Source: an uncultured Chlamydiae bacterium
GTDB taxonomy: Bacteria > Chlamydiota > Chlamydiia > Chlamydiales > 2-12-FULL-49-11
Length of the DNA stretch: 64,000 nt
Direction: 5' to 3'
NCBI GenBank assembly: GCA_937996705.1
Contig: CALKUQ010000018.1
Span: 8,400 to 72,399, forward strand
The position numbers were made by a program, and so were the translations under genes. How positions within the stretch are numbered: position 1 is the first letter of the stretch; each line of letters begins with the position of its first letter. This document shows positions 8,368 through 18,025 of the stretch, piece after piece. Below the pieces are notes generated by a model, which had not been told where the DNA came from, did no database searches, and saw nothing but the letters and a program-made list of their open reading frames with translations.

Positions 8368-9804
8368 ATGAACGAAAAGGGTATCTACACAGCGCCACCT
8401 CACTCCAAAGAGTCTGAGATGATGGTATTGGGCTGCATGTTGACTAGTTCAAATGCACTCTCAATCGGCGCAGACGGGTTAGAGGATTCTGATTTTTACC
8501 ATGCAGAGCACCAAATTGTATTTAAAGCGCTTAAACAAGCGTTTGCACAAGAGAAGCCAGCTGACGTCCATCTAATCGCAGAAGAGTTGAAGCGGATCGG
8601 CAAGCTTGATTTGGTAGGGGGGATCTCCTATATCACCCTCCTTGTCCAATATGCAGGAACTTCGGCCTACGTAGAAGAGTATGTAGAAATTATTCGAAAA
8701 AAGTCGGTCTTGCGCCAGATGATCGAATCGTCAAAAATTATTGAAAAAAAGGCGCTTGACGAGCCCGATGATGTCTACTCAGCACTTGACGAAGCCCAGT
8801 CCTATTTTTTTAGAATCAGTCAAAAGGCAAATCCCTCTTTAGGCATTAATTTAAAAGAAATTCTTTCAGGAATCAAAGCAGAATCGAAAACCCCTTACCT
8901 AAAAGAGCTTCAACAAAAGCAAGAGGCTTATCACACAAGAGATCCCAACGCCCCCATAGTGACGGGTCTGCCTACAGGGTTTTCAGACCTCGACAAACTG
9001 ATTAACGGATTTAATAAAGCAAACCTAATTATTTTAGCAGCAAGACCTTCCATGGGGAAAACCGCTCTTGCTATTAACATAGCTGAGTATCTTGTTTTTG
9101 AGCAAAACATGGCAGTAGGGGTATTTTCTTTAGAAATGACTGCTGACGAGCTTCTTCATAGAATGGTTTGCTCCCTTTCAGAAGTAGAATCTGACCGAAT
9201 CAAAACCGGATCGTTAGACGGGATTGAATACCAAAGAGTTGTTGAAACGGTCGGAAGGATGCAAAAGCAGACCTTAATTATTGACGATCAACCTGGCCTT
9301 AAAATCACCGATCTCAGAGCTCGGGCAAGACGGTTAAAAGAAGTTTATGACATTCAGTTTTTAGTCATCGACTACCTTCAACTCCTATCTGGATCTAAAG
9401 GACATTTTAGCGTCGATAACCGTCAAAATGAGATTTCAGAAATTTCTCGAATGCTGAAAAATTTAGCCAGGGAACTGATGATTCCGATTCTCTGCCTCTC
9501 TCAGCTCTCTAGAAAAGTGGAAGACCGAGCAGGGCATAGACCGATGCTTAGCGATCTTCGAGAGTCTGGATCTATTGAGCAAGATGCCGACATTGTGATG
9601 TTTGTATTCAGAAGAGAGTACTACAATTCCAATGATAAGCCAGGTCTTGCTGAAGTTATTGTCTCCAAAAACCGTCACGGTGGTGTGGGAGATGTAGAGC
9701 TTGCTTTCCGCAAAAAATTTGCAAAATTCAGCAACTACTCAAAAGAATCCTCCTCCTCATCTCCTGAATCAGACGAAGCTTTTTCTGCCTTCACCCCTCG
9801 GTAA
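8368..9804 (+). CDS. dnaB: replicative DNA helicase DnaB
   Basis: Walker A ARPSMGKTALAINIA, the DnaB N-terminal domain (PPHSKESEMMVLGCML) and the EQDADIVMF motif. No intein. Confidence 0.95.
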   Translation: MNEKGIYTAPPHSKESEMMVLGCMLTSSNALSIGADGLEDSDFYHAEHQIVFKALKQAFAQEKPADVHLIAEELKRIGKLDLVGGISYITLLVQYAGTSAYVEEYVEIIRKKSVLRQMIESSKIIEKKALDEPDDVYSALDEAQSYFFRISQKANPSLGINLKEILSGIKAESKTPYLKELQQKQEAYHTRDPNAPIVTGLPTGFSDLDKLINGFNKANLIILAARPSMGKTALAINIAEYLVFEQNMAVGVFSLEMTADELLHRMVCSLSEVESDRIKTGSLDGIEYQRVVETVGRMQKQTLIIDDQPGLKITDLRARARRLKEVYDIQFLVIDYLQLLSGSKGHFSVDNRQNEISEISRMLKNLARELMIPILCLSQLSRKVEDRAGHRPMLSDLRESGSIEQDADIVMFVFRREYYNSNDKPGLAEVIVSKNRHGGVGDVELAFRKKFAKFSNYSKESSSSSPESDEAFSAFTPR

Positions 9805-9899
9805 GAGGATCTTTTAAATCAATATTGTGAAGATTATCACAGAATTTAAAAAAATAGCTTAACTATATTGCTTTTGAACAGCTCCATTCAAAGTGTGTC

Positions 9900-9929
9900 T
9901 TGACTTTAAGCGGTTGGATTTTGTATAAT
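9900..9929 (+). promoter_or_regulatory. sigma-70/66-type promoter candidate for the small basic ORF and mnmG
   Basis: TTGACT (9900-9905), an 18-nt spacer, then TATAAT (9924-9929). A GAGGTGA SD follows at 9944-9950. Confidence 0.5.
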
Positions 9930-9952
9930 TCCCCTGTATTAACGAGGTGAAT

Positions 9953-10042
9953 ATGTCGTCTGTAAAGAAAAAGCGTAAAATTAAAATGAACAAGCACAAG
10001 CGTAAAAAAAGAAGCCGTGCAAATCGTCATAAGAAGTCTTAA
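9953..10042 (+). CDS. 29-aa highly basic protein resembling ribosomal protein bS22 (AURKAIP1/COX24-like)
   Basis: Not in the ORF track because it is under 60 aa. It translates to MSSVKKKRKIKMNKHKRKKRSRANRHKKS, which matches the remembered bS22 pattern MGSVIKKRRKRM.KKKHRK. Good SD and promoter upstream. Confidence 0.6.
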   Translation: MSSVKKKRKIKMNKHKRKKRSRANRHKKS

Positions 10043-10059
10043 GGCTATAGTACGTACAA

Positions 10060-11877
10060 ATGTGGTCCTATCCCGAAAATTTTGACGTTATAGTAGTAGG
10101 AGCGGGGCATGCCGGATGCGAAGCTGCATACATTGCAGCACGTATGGGAATGCGTACGCTCCTTGTTACAATCAGCCTTGATGCAATTGCAAAGATGAGC
10201 TGCAATCCTGCCATTGGCGGTACAGCTAAAGGTCACATTGTCCGTGAGATCGATGCGCTTGGTGGCATCATGGGCAAAATAGCGGACAGGACAGGAATTC
10301 AATTTCGCATGCTGAACCGTTCAAAAGGGCCAGCAGTTTGGTCCCCAAGGGCGCAATCAGATAAAATCGCTTATAGCACTGAAATGACCCATGTGTTGCA
10401 AAACACAGAAAATCTTTTTCTTTTTCAAGCAACTACCAGCAAGCTTATCATCGAAGAGGGGCGGGTCCTTGGAATAGAAACTCAAGAAGGAATTGGCTTT
10501 AGAGCAAAAACCGTAATTTTATCCTCTGGCACCTTTATGAAAGGATTGATTCATATTGGAGATGTCAATTTTTCAGGGGGAAGAGCGGGCGATAGAGCTT
10601 CTATCGGACTGTCTGATCATTTGCGAGATCTTGGGTTTGAACTAGGCAGGCTAAAAACCGGAACTCCCCCAAGACTAAATAAGCGTTCCATCGATTTTTC
10701 AGTTATGGAAGAGCAACCGGGTGAAGAGGATGTCTTTTTTTCCTACTCTCGAGAAAAGCGCTTACTTCCCCAACTATCGTGTTATATTACCTACACCTCC
10801 GTGGCAACAAAAGAAATTGCACTTAAGCACATTAAGCGATCCGCTATGTACTCAGGAAATATTACAGGTGTTGGCCCAAGGTATTGCCCCTCTTTTGAAG
10901 ACAAAGTTGTCCGCTTCGGAGAGAGAGATCGTCATCAAATTTTTATTGAACCTGAGGGGGGATCGACAAACGAGGTTTACGTAAATGGCATCTCTACATC
11001 GCTCCCGTTCGACGTGCAACTAGAGATGATTCATACCATTACAGGTCTAGAAAAGGCAGAAATCACAAGGCCTGCTTACGCAATCGAATACGACTATGTT
11101 AAGAGTGGCCAATTAAAAATGACCCTTGAAACTAAACTGATCGAAGGCCTCTACTTTGCTGGGCAAATCAATGGAACTACTGGTTATGAAGAAGCTGCTG
11201 CACAAGGACTTATAGCTGGAATTAATGCAAGCCTTAAAGTACAAGGGAGAGAGCCTTTCATTCTTAAGCGCTCTGAGGCCTATATTGGCGTCTTGATTGA
11301 AGAGATCATTTCTAAAACGTTAGAAGAGCCTTACCGAATGTTTACAAGTAGAGCAGAGCATAGACTTTTGCTACGCCAAGACAATGCAGACTTGCGTTTG
11401 AGTGGTTACGCATATCAACTTGGATTAATTGATGAAGCTACCCATTTAAGGGTTCAAAACAAGAAAACTATTTTAGAGACTGAATCTATCCGATTGAAGA
11501 CAAATAAGAAGCATGTTGATGGAAGGGTAGTTCCCCTTTCTGCTCTCCTTGCAAGACCTGAAACAAGCTATGAAAGTTTAGTTGCAGAACTTCCCCACCA
11601 TTTCACCGACTATGGAGAAGATATCAACAGACAGATAGAAATTTTGATTAAATACGAAGGTTATATTACAAGGCAAGCTAAAGAGATAGAAAAACTTCAA
11701 GAGCTTGACCCTGTGAAAATCCCCTATAATTTTGACTACTCTCTTGTTCATGGTCTGAGCACGGAAGCTAAGAATAGATTAAAAAAAATCACTCCTGACA
11801 ATCTAGGACAAGCCTCTCGCTTAGAAGGGGTAACAATCGCTGACATCTCCATTTTATTAATAGCCTTGAACAAATAA
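10060..11877 (+). CDS. mnmG: tRNA uridine 5-carboxymethylaminomethyl modification enzyme MnmG (GidA)
   Basis: [16 protein letters not shown] dinucleotide fold plus GidA-typical GPRYCPS and [19 protein letters not shown]. Confidence 0.95.
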   Translation: MWSYPENFDVIVVGAGHAGCEAAYIAARMGMRTLLVTISLDAIAKMSCNPAIGGTAKGHIVREIDALGGIMGKIADRTGIQFRMLNRSKGPAVWSPRAQSDKIAYSTEMTHVLQNTENLFLFQATTSKLIIEEGRVLGIETQEGIGFRAKTVILSSGTFMKGLIHIGDVNFSGGRAGDRASIGLSDHLRDLGFELGRLKTGTPPRLNKRSIDFSVMEEQPGEEDVFFSYSREKRLLPQLSCYITYTSVATKEIALKHIKRSAMYSGNITGVGPRYCPSFEDKVVRFGERDRHQIFIEPEGGSTNEVYVNGISTSLPFDVQLEMIHTITGLEKAEITRPAYAIEYDYVKSGQLKMTLETKLIEGLYFAGQINGTTGYEEAAAQGLIAGINASLKVQGREPFILKRSEAYIGVLIEEIISKTLEEPYRMFTSRAEHRLLLRQDNADLRLSGYAYQLGLIDEATHLRVQNKKTILETESIRLKTNKKHVDGRVVPLSALLARPETSYESLVAELPHHFTDYGEDINRQIEILIKYEGYITRQAKEIEKLQELDPVKIPYNFDYSLVHGLSTEAKNRLKKITPDNLGQASRLEGVTIADISILLIALNK

Positions 11878-11945
11878 AAAGGCTGTGTATAGGTAGGTCA
11901 AATGGGTGTGGACACCCTAAAATTGGCTATCTTGTTGCATGTAAG

Positions 11946-12815
11946 ATGATTGAAGAAAAATCAACTCAAAAACCTCTCATTGCTTTAATCACTAACTCCT
12001 CCTACTACAAAATCTTTTTCGAACACTATTTCGCGGAATTTTGCCTATCTAATCTAGAGCCCTTATTTGGCTATGAAGAACTTGAAAAAATCTCTCCTGA
12101 CTATATTATTATTGATGACCAATCAGTTAAGGATTCAATCCTAGAGATTTGCAAAAATATCAGAAAACGCAAACGCCTCCAATTTATACCTCTATTTGTT
12201 ATCTCAGGAAATTTAAAAAAACCCTACACCAAGCAACTTATCGATATGGGGGTAAATCATGTGATACAAGAACCACTAGATCCTACAGATTTATTAAAAG
12301 AACTTAAAAATGCCCTCAGCTACAAGAACTCTGAGAAAAAACTCGATATGCTAGGGGGTGGAATTACAGACTATTCTACCACAACAGATCTTCGTTTGAA
12401 ATCTCTTCTCAATAAAAACAGTCTTGAGCCGATTTATAAAACAATTCATGAGGGGGGAGCAATTTCGTTGTTAGCGGTGGCTATTGAATTTAATGATAGC
12501 CATGAATTCACTGAGCAGCAGATTACTCAGGTGATAAAAAAGGTGTTTTCCGAGCAAACCCCCCTTTTTCCGTTAGGGCGTGGTAAATATCTAATCATTT
12601 TAAATCAAACTAAGCGGGCAGGAGCTCTCTTTATTGCAGAAACTTTACGAGATGTAGTGACCCACACCCTGCAAATTTCTATTGCCATCGGAATTTGTAG
12701 CCAAAAAAAGCCCCCTTATGCAAATATCCACGATATGCTCAAATGTGCAAAAATTGCGCTTGAAGAGGCTTTAAAAAAGGGAACCACTATTGAAATACAT
12801 CCGATCTCTCCTTAG
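11946..12815 (+). CDS. pseudo-receiver domain fused to a degenerate GGDEF-like domain
   Basis: The N-half has a receiver-like layout (DYIIIDDQS ... IPLFVISG ... VIQEPLDP) but lacks the N-terminal acidic pair and the conserved Lys. In the C-half GGDEF is replaced by GRGKY (PLGRGKYLIIL), with a GGDEF-like tail (IAIGICS ... MLKCAKIALEEALKKG). Confidence 0.55.
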   Translation: MIEEKSTQKPLIALITNSSYYKIFFEHYFAEFCLSNLEPLFGYEELEKISPDYIIIDDQSVKDSILEICKNIRKRKRLQFIPLFVISGNLKKPYTKQLIDMGVNHVIQEPLDPTDLLKELKNALSYKNSEKKLDMLGGGITDYSTTTDLRLKSLLNKNSLEPIYKTIHEGGAISLLAVAIEFNDSHEFTEQQITQVIKKVFSEQTPLFPLGRGKYLIILNQTKRAGALFIAETLRDVVTHTLQISIAIGICSQKKPPYANIHDMLKCAKIALEEALKKGTTIEIHPISP

Positions 12816-13224
12816 TTTTTTTCTAATTTCATCACTTTTTGCCGAGCCAGGTGGCCCTCTTTATTCCAATAATACCGCGAATATGTTTAAGGAGGAGCAG
12901 GAGACTATAAGCAACGGTGTTAATAAAAATATATCCTCTGCCATTGCAGCTAATACAGCCAGCCCAGGAAATCACCCCTCAGACATCATGATCGTGGATC
13001 CAAAAGTTGTCTCTCAAGATTGGCAAAATGCATTTAACTCCCTGAAAGCAAGAAAACTAAATAATATTATTTTTATTTTAAGAGACAATTCTCAAATCAC
13101 CGAAGTCTCTGATGTCGAGGTATTGCCAGGCGGCTATCTCATGCTCTTTTCTTTAAAAACCGTTCTTGGCGAGAAATATCGAATTGTAAAAACAAGCGAT
13201 ATTTCTTCGATCACCTCTAAATGA
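12790..13224 (+). CDS. hypothetical secreted protein
   Basis: TTG start and an N-terminal signal-like segment (SLLSFFLISSLFAEP). Overlaps the upstream gene by 26 nt and the downstream gene by ATGA. Confidence 0.5.
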   Translation: MKYIRSLLSFFLISSLFAEPGGPLYSNNTANMFKEEQETISNGVNKNISSAIAANTASPGNHPSDIMIVDPKVVSQDWQNAFNSLKARKLNNIIFILRDNSQITEVSDVEVLPGGYLMLFSLKTVLGEKYRIVKTSDISSITSK

Positions 13225-13925
13225 CAGTAAATATATTAACATTTGAACATCTCCCGATTTTCGACCAATTGCGAATGGAAGAGGGGCTCTTAAGAACCTC
13301 CAAAGAAAATTGGGTAATCATCAACCAAGGCTCTCCAAAGGCGATTGTAATGGGGGTCTCTACAAAACCTGAAGAAGTGATCCATCTTGAGCGCTCTCAC
13401 GCAGATAATATTCCTCTGATCCAAAGATTTAGTGGCGGAGGGACCGTAATTGTCGATGAAAACACCCTCTTTGTAACTTTCATTTTTCAAAAGGAAATTC
13501 ATAACTTTGAACTCTATCCCACAAACATCTTAAATTGGGCAGGAAAGCTTTTAAAAAACTCCCTCAATCTTCCTGATTTTCTTGTTCAAGAGAGCGACTT
13601 TGCCCTCCATGACAAAAAAATTGGCGGCAATGCGCAATACATAAAAAAAGATCGATTTCTCCACCACACCTCATTTCTATGGGACTTTCACCACGAAAAT
13701 ATGACATACCTACTTCACCCCCCCAAAGAGCCTGCCTATAGAAAAGGGCGCTCTCACTCCGAATTCCTGACAAAACTCGCTACTCACCTCACTAAACAAG
13801 AGTTTGAAGATCGACTGATCTTCTCTCTAACAGAAGAGTATTTGACAACTCTTAACAAACCTCTCCCCTCTTTTCCAGAGCACCGCACCACCACCACCCT
13901 TTTAAAACTGGAAAGCTCCTTTTAA
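13221..13925 (+). CDS. lplA: lipoate-protein ligase / octanoyltransferase family protein (catalytic domain only)
   Basis: BPL/LPL catalytic motifs RFSGGGTVIVDENTLFVTF and KIGGNAQYIKKDRFLHHTSF (catalytic Lys). Confidence 0.75.
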   Translation: MTVNILTFEHLPIFDQLRMEEGLLRTSKENWVIINQGSPKAIVMGVSTKPEEVIHLERSHADNIPLIQRFSGGGTVIVDENTLFVTFIFQKEIHNFELYPTNILNWAGKLLKNSLNLPDFLVQESDFALHDKKIGGNAQYIKKDRFLHHTSFLWDFHHENMTYLLHPPKEPAYRKGRSHSEFLTKLATHLTKQEFEDRLIFSLTEEYLTTLNKPLPSFPEHRTTTTLLKLESSF

Positions 13926-13968
13926 AAAGAGTTTGCTATATATTAAATCTTTATTAATAATACATGGC

Positions 13969-14331
13969 ATGACAGCAATAACTTTAAATTTACCAAGCAA
14001 CGAAAGTTACTTTCTTGATCGTAGATTGCTTGCATATTGCAGCCCGTTTAGTAGCCTAATTATCCGAGTACGTGCAGTATGGAATTCAACTGCCGTTAAT
14101 CAGAAAAGAGATCTCACACAAGACGAGTTAGAGAGATCTACTCGTGATGTTCTTAAATGGATGGTTGGGGGATTGGTAGTTCTCACCTACTCAAGTTATT
14201 TTACAATGCCGCTCTACTTTAAATACATTACGGCTATTTCGTATACAGCTTCATCAATTCTTACAATTTATGAGCAACTGGATCTCCGAATATTTAATTA
14301 TCATTTTCTGGCAGCCCAAGAGATTGCTTAA
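13969..14331 (+). CDS. doubtful hypothetical membrane protein
   Basis: ORF with hydrophobic segments near the C-terminus (MVGGLVVLTYSSYFTMPLYF, ITAISYTASSILTI). No SD. The 3' end overlaps sdhB by 38 nt. The ORF-track start at 13933 is a TTG. Confidence 0.25.
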   Translation: MTAITLNLPSNESYFLDRRLLAYCSPFSSLIIRVRAVWNSTAVNQKRDLTQDELERSTRDVLKWMVGGLVVLTYSSYFTMPLYFKYITAISYTASSILTIYEQLDLRIFNYHFLAAQEIA

Positions 14332-15067
14332 AGAATTCTTTAGTAACATCTTTGCCCATTTGGGCAATCGATTGAGTAAGTGGGATTTTTTTAGGACAAA
14401 CTGCTTTGCAATTTTGTGAATTTCCGCATTCTGAGATACCCCCCTCTCCCATAAGAACCTGAAGACGCTCAGATTTAAGAACTGCTCCTGTCGGATTTGC
14501 ATTAAAGAGCTTTACCTGATTTATAGCTGCAGGCCCAATGAATTTAGAATTTTTATTAATTTGAGGGCACGCTTCTAAGCAGCATCCACAAGTCATACAA
14601 GTTGACTCCACATACATAGCCTCTTGTTTAATGGGAGAAATTTTCGGTCCGAATTCAGGGGAATGTGATTCATCAAGGGGGACCCAACCTTGAATTTTCT
14701 TAAGGGATCCAAACATCGAACTTCGATCTACAACTAAATCCCGAATCACAGGAAATTTTGAAAAAGGGGCTAAAGTAATTACCTGAGATTTATTTTCCGC
14801 TATGAGCCCCTCTATAAGAGCTGTACAAGCTTGCCTTGGAATCTTATTAACAATCATAGAACAAGATCCACAAACCTCCTCAAGACAGGCCATTTCCCAA
14901 GCAACCGGCTCTACTTTTTTCCCTTGCTTTGTAACGGGATTCTTTTGAATTTCCATCAGAGCTGAAATAATATTGAGCCCCGGTTTTTTTTCTAATTCGA
15001 ACTCCTCCCAATATTGCGCCCCGCTAAATCCTCTATAAATTTTTAGGATAAATTTACCTTCTTCCAT
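14294..15067 (-). CDS. sdhB: succinate dehydrogenase / fumarate reductase iron-sulfur subunit
   Basis: Three Cys clusters: CGSCSM, CMTCGCCLEACP and CGNSQNCKAVCP. Confidence 0.95.
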   Translation of the reverse strand: MEEGKFILKIYRGFSGAQYWEEFELEKKPGLNIISALMEIQKNPVTKQGKKVEPVAWEMACLEEVCGSCSMIVNKIPRQACTALIEGLIAENKSQVITLAPFSKFPVIRDLVVDRSSMFGSLKKIQGWVPLDESHSPEFGPKISPIKQEAMYVESTCMTCGCCLEACPQINKNSKFIGPAAINQVKLFNANPTGAVLKSERLQVLMGEGGISECGNSQNCKAVCPKKIPLTQSIAQMGKDVTKEFFKQSLGLPENDN

Positions 15068-16964
15068 AATCTTTCTCCGTTACAAGGGGGATAACAGGAG
15101 GAACATTTTCCAATTTCGGAACGCTCCTTTTCCCTTTTGTATAATCTCTTTCTACGGGTTTAATATGGCGAACGTCAACAGGAAAATAGCTTATTTTGGG
15201 TTCATTTGAATCAGGATCAAACGTAGCTACGGTTGTTTTTAGCCAATTTTTATCATCTCTTTCGCTAAACTCCCTTTTAAAGTGAGCCCCTCTGAATTCA
15301 TCTCTTAAAAGGGCCCCTTTTGCAATAGTTAGAGCAAGATCAAGCATTGGACCGAATTGATTTGCAAATTGATAGGTTTGATTCAATAATGCGCCCTTAT
15401 CATCGAGTGAAATATTTCTAAATCGATCTTTTATCTGTTGAATTTTAGAAATAGCCTCTTTTAACCCTTGATTACTTCTGACAACTGTGCAATTAGAGAC
15501 CATAATATTAGCTAATTCATCATGAAGTGCATGGACATTTTCATTTCCTTTGCGACTCAACAAATCTTGCTTGATTGCAATTTCTTTAGCCTCGGCCTCT
15601 TCAAAGCACCTGACCCCTACATCTTCGTAACGAACTTTTAAATCATCGGCAAAAAATGAGATCTCATTTGCCGCCACCATTCCACTATAAATGCAGGAAA
15701 GGAGAGAATTAGCTCCGAGTCGATTTGCTCCATGATACTGAAAATCACACTCTCCCGCAGCAAAAAGTCCAGAAATATTTGTCATATGGCGGTATCTTTC
15801 AAATCTATCAGGATCTCCTGTAGCGGGCCAATCTACCCAAATCCCCCCCATAGTATAGTGAACTGCGGGAAATATTTTCATCGGAACACTACGGGGATCA
15901 TCCCCTGTAAATTTGTGATAGATATCCAAAATTGCTTCAAGCTTTCTATGAGTTTTCCCATCAAGTCCTGTAACATCTAAATAGACCTGCTTCTTACCAT
16001 CAATTCCAAGTCCTGCATCAACAACCTGAATAATATGTCTGGCTGCAACGTCTCTTGCTACTAAATTTCCAAACGCTGGATAAAGCTCCTCTAAAAAATA
16101 CCAAGGTTTTCCTGTCTCTCCGCAAACAACTTGCTCTCCGCTGGGTCCTGTAATTGTCTTTTCTGAGTTGCCGTAAACCCACACTCTCCCCCCCTCTCCT
16201 CTAGCAGACTCTGACATCAAACGGAGTTTGTCATTACCTGGAATTGCTGTCGGATGAATTTGGATAAATTCAGGATTTGCAATATGAACACCTTGACGAT
16301 AGAGCCTCCCATTGGCAGCTCCCGTACAGATTGTCGAATTTGTAGAGTATTTAAAAATAACACCCAAGCCCCCTGTTGCAATTAAGACTGCATCCGCTTT
16401 AATTGTACTGAGCTTTGCATTGTAGAGATCCATAATCACGCACCCTCTACAAACCCCATTATCATCGATGACTGCACGTAGAAATTCGTGGTGTTCAAAT
16501 TTTTCAATTTTCCCCTGAACTTCGAATCGCCTTACTTGTTCATCTAAAGCATAAATCAGTTGTTGCCCTGTGGAAGCACCTGCAAAGGCAGTTCTTTTAT
16601 AAAGAGTTCCTCCGAAGCGACGGAAATCAAGACTACCGTCTGCTTTCCGATTAAATGGGACCCCCATTCGATCAAGCATGCGGATGATTTGAGGACCATT
16701 TGCGCACATCTCAAGCACAGGAGGTTGATCTGCCAAAAAATCCCCCCCCTTAATTGTGTCGTAGGCGTGAATTTCAGGAGAATCTTCCTCTCCCATTAAA
16801 TTCACAGCAACATTGATTCCCCCTTGAGCGCACACTGAATGGGACCTTTTGACCTGAGTGAGCGAGATCAATTTAACACTCACTCCAAGCTCAGCTAACC
16901 GCATTGCTGCGCTCAAACCTGCCAAGCCTCCCCCTACCACAACAACTTCTTTTGCTCTCGCCAT
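15054..16964 (-). CDS. sdhA: succinate dehydrogenase / fumarate reductase flavoprotein subunit
   Basis: VVVVGGGLAGLSAA, RSHSVCAQGGINVA (FAD-linking His), HPTAI and RLGANSLL motifs. Confidence 0.95.
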   Translation of the reverse strand: MARAKEVVVVGGGLAGLSAAMRLAELGVSVKLISLTQVKRSHSVCAQGGINVAVNLMGEEDSPEIHAYDTIKGGDFLADQPPVLEMCANGPQIIRMLDRMGVPFNRKADGSLDFRRFGGTLYKRTAFAGASTGQQLIYALDEQVRRFEVQGKIEKFEHHEFLRAVIDDNGVCRGCVIMDLYNAKLSTIKADAVLIATGGLGVIFKYSTNSTICTGAANGRLYRQGVHIANPEFIQIHPTAIPGNDKLRLMSESARGEGGRVWVYGNSEKTITGPSGEQVVCGETGKPWYFLEELYPAFGNLVARDVAARHIIQVVDAGLGIDGKKQVYLDVTGLDGKTHRKLEAILDIYHKFTGDDPRSVPMKIFPAVHYTMGGIWVDWPATGDPDRFERYRHMTNISGLFAAGECDFQYHGANRLGANSLLSCIYSGMVAANEISFFADDLKVRYEDVGVRCFEEAEAKEIAIKQDLLSRKGNENVHALHDELANIMVSNCTVVRSNQGLKEAISKIQQIKDRFRNISLDDKGALLNQTYQFANQFGPMLDLALTIAKGALLRDEFRGAHFKREFSERDDKNWLKTTVATFDPDSNEPKISYFPVDVRHIKPVERDYTKGKRSVPKLENVPPVIPLVTEKDYGRR

Positions 16965-16968
16965 GTTT

Positions 16969-17961
16969 CTATCCTAAAAAGTAGGTTCCCCAAATTGAGA
17001 GCATACCTAAAAGACCTAAAACAAACATAAGCCCAATAGATACTGCAACGCCTTTTGATTGCGCTTTTCTTGAAAGGAGAACTCCCCAGGTTATTAAAAA
17101 TGTCCAAAGTCCATTAAAGCCGTGGAAGACTGCTGCAAGAACAAAAATTGTGTACAAAATACACATCACTGGGTTTCTAAATGTCTCCCTTACCCCTAAA
17201 AGCTCCAAATTACCAAAGCTTTTAGTGACAGCCATCACGTGCCCCTCTTTTATAGGCCTACTCTCTAACCCCTTTATATGTTCTTTCAACCCTTTTGATT
17301 TTTCCAAACTCTGATAAATCATCCCCATTTCAGCATCGTATTCGCCCGAATTAGCAGGGAATTCACTTTTTTCAACAAGCCTTGCTTGCACAAGTTTTGT
17401 TTTCTCTTCTAATTGAACCAATTGTCTTTTTTCTTTCTCAATTGCTTCACCACTATATAGCTCTACACCAAGCCGATTTGAAACCTCATAAAGCCCCGGA
17501 TCGACTTTCATGGTTAAATAATACTTTCCATGATACTTATAAGGATAGTCAATCACTCTCATTTGAACTACGTGCAAAATTATCCCTACTAAAATCACCC
17601 AAGAACTCATCCTTTGGAGGGTGTAGGCTCGATTTCTTCCGGTTTTAATTAATGGAGTACTTCCATCAGAATGAATCGAATTTGACTTGCTCTGAAATAG
17701 GTAAACCACTCCCCAAGCAGCATGATACGCAATTGGAATGCCTAATAAACCAATCTCGATAGCATTGAGATAGGGAAGATTTCTTAAAAAATCGACACTC
17801 CTCACAAACCATAGCTCCCCATTTGTGAAAAAAAGGGCCACTTGCGAATTTGTAAACAAATGCTCCATTAAAAAAAGCAAAAACCAAAACCCCATTAAAG
17901 AGTGCAATCTTCTTAGCACAAATTCTCTAGGCACCTTCATACTCTCAATAGCCATACTCAT
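16969..17961 (-). CDS. sdhC: succinate dehydrogenase cytochrome b subunit (5-TM, diheme type) with a long hydrophilic insertion
   Basis: Position upstream of sdhA. Five hydrophobic helices, four of which carry a His (MEHLF, AYHAAW, ILHVVQ, VFHGF). About 115 hydrophilic residues lie between helices 3 and 4. Confidence 0.8.
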   Translation of the reverse strand: MSMAIESMKVPREFVLRRLHSLMGFWFLLFLMEHLFTNSQVALFFTNGELWFVRSVDFLRNLPYLNAIEIGLLGIPIAYHAAWGVVYLFQSKSNSIHSDGSTPLIKTGRNRAYTLQRMSSWVILVGIILHVVQMRVIDYPYKYHGKYYLTMKVDPGLYEVSNRLGVELYSGEAIEKEKRQLVQLEEKTKLVQARLVEKSEFPANSGEYDAEMGMIYQSLEKSKGLKEHIKGLESRPIKEGHVMAVTKSFGNLELLGVRETFRNPVMCILYTIFVLAAVFHGFNGLWTFLITWGVLLSRKAQSKGVAVSIGLMFVLGLLGMLSIWGTYFLG

Positions 17962-18025
17962 CCTCCAAGCTCCTTTTCAGCACTATACCTAACAGAGGAA
18001 ATATACACAATTATCTTGAAACAGA

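Noticed and set aside
11904-11917. Small hairpin GGGTG-TGGA-CACCC after mnmG as a terminator
   Set aside because: The stem is only 5 bp and no T-tract follows. That is too weak to call.
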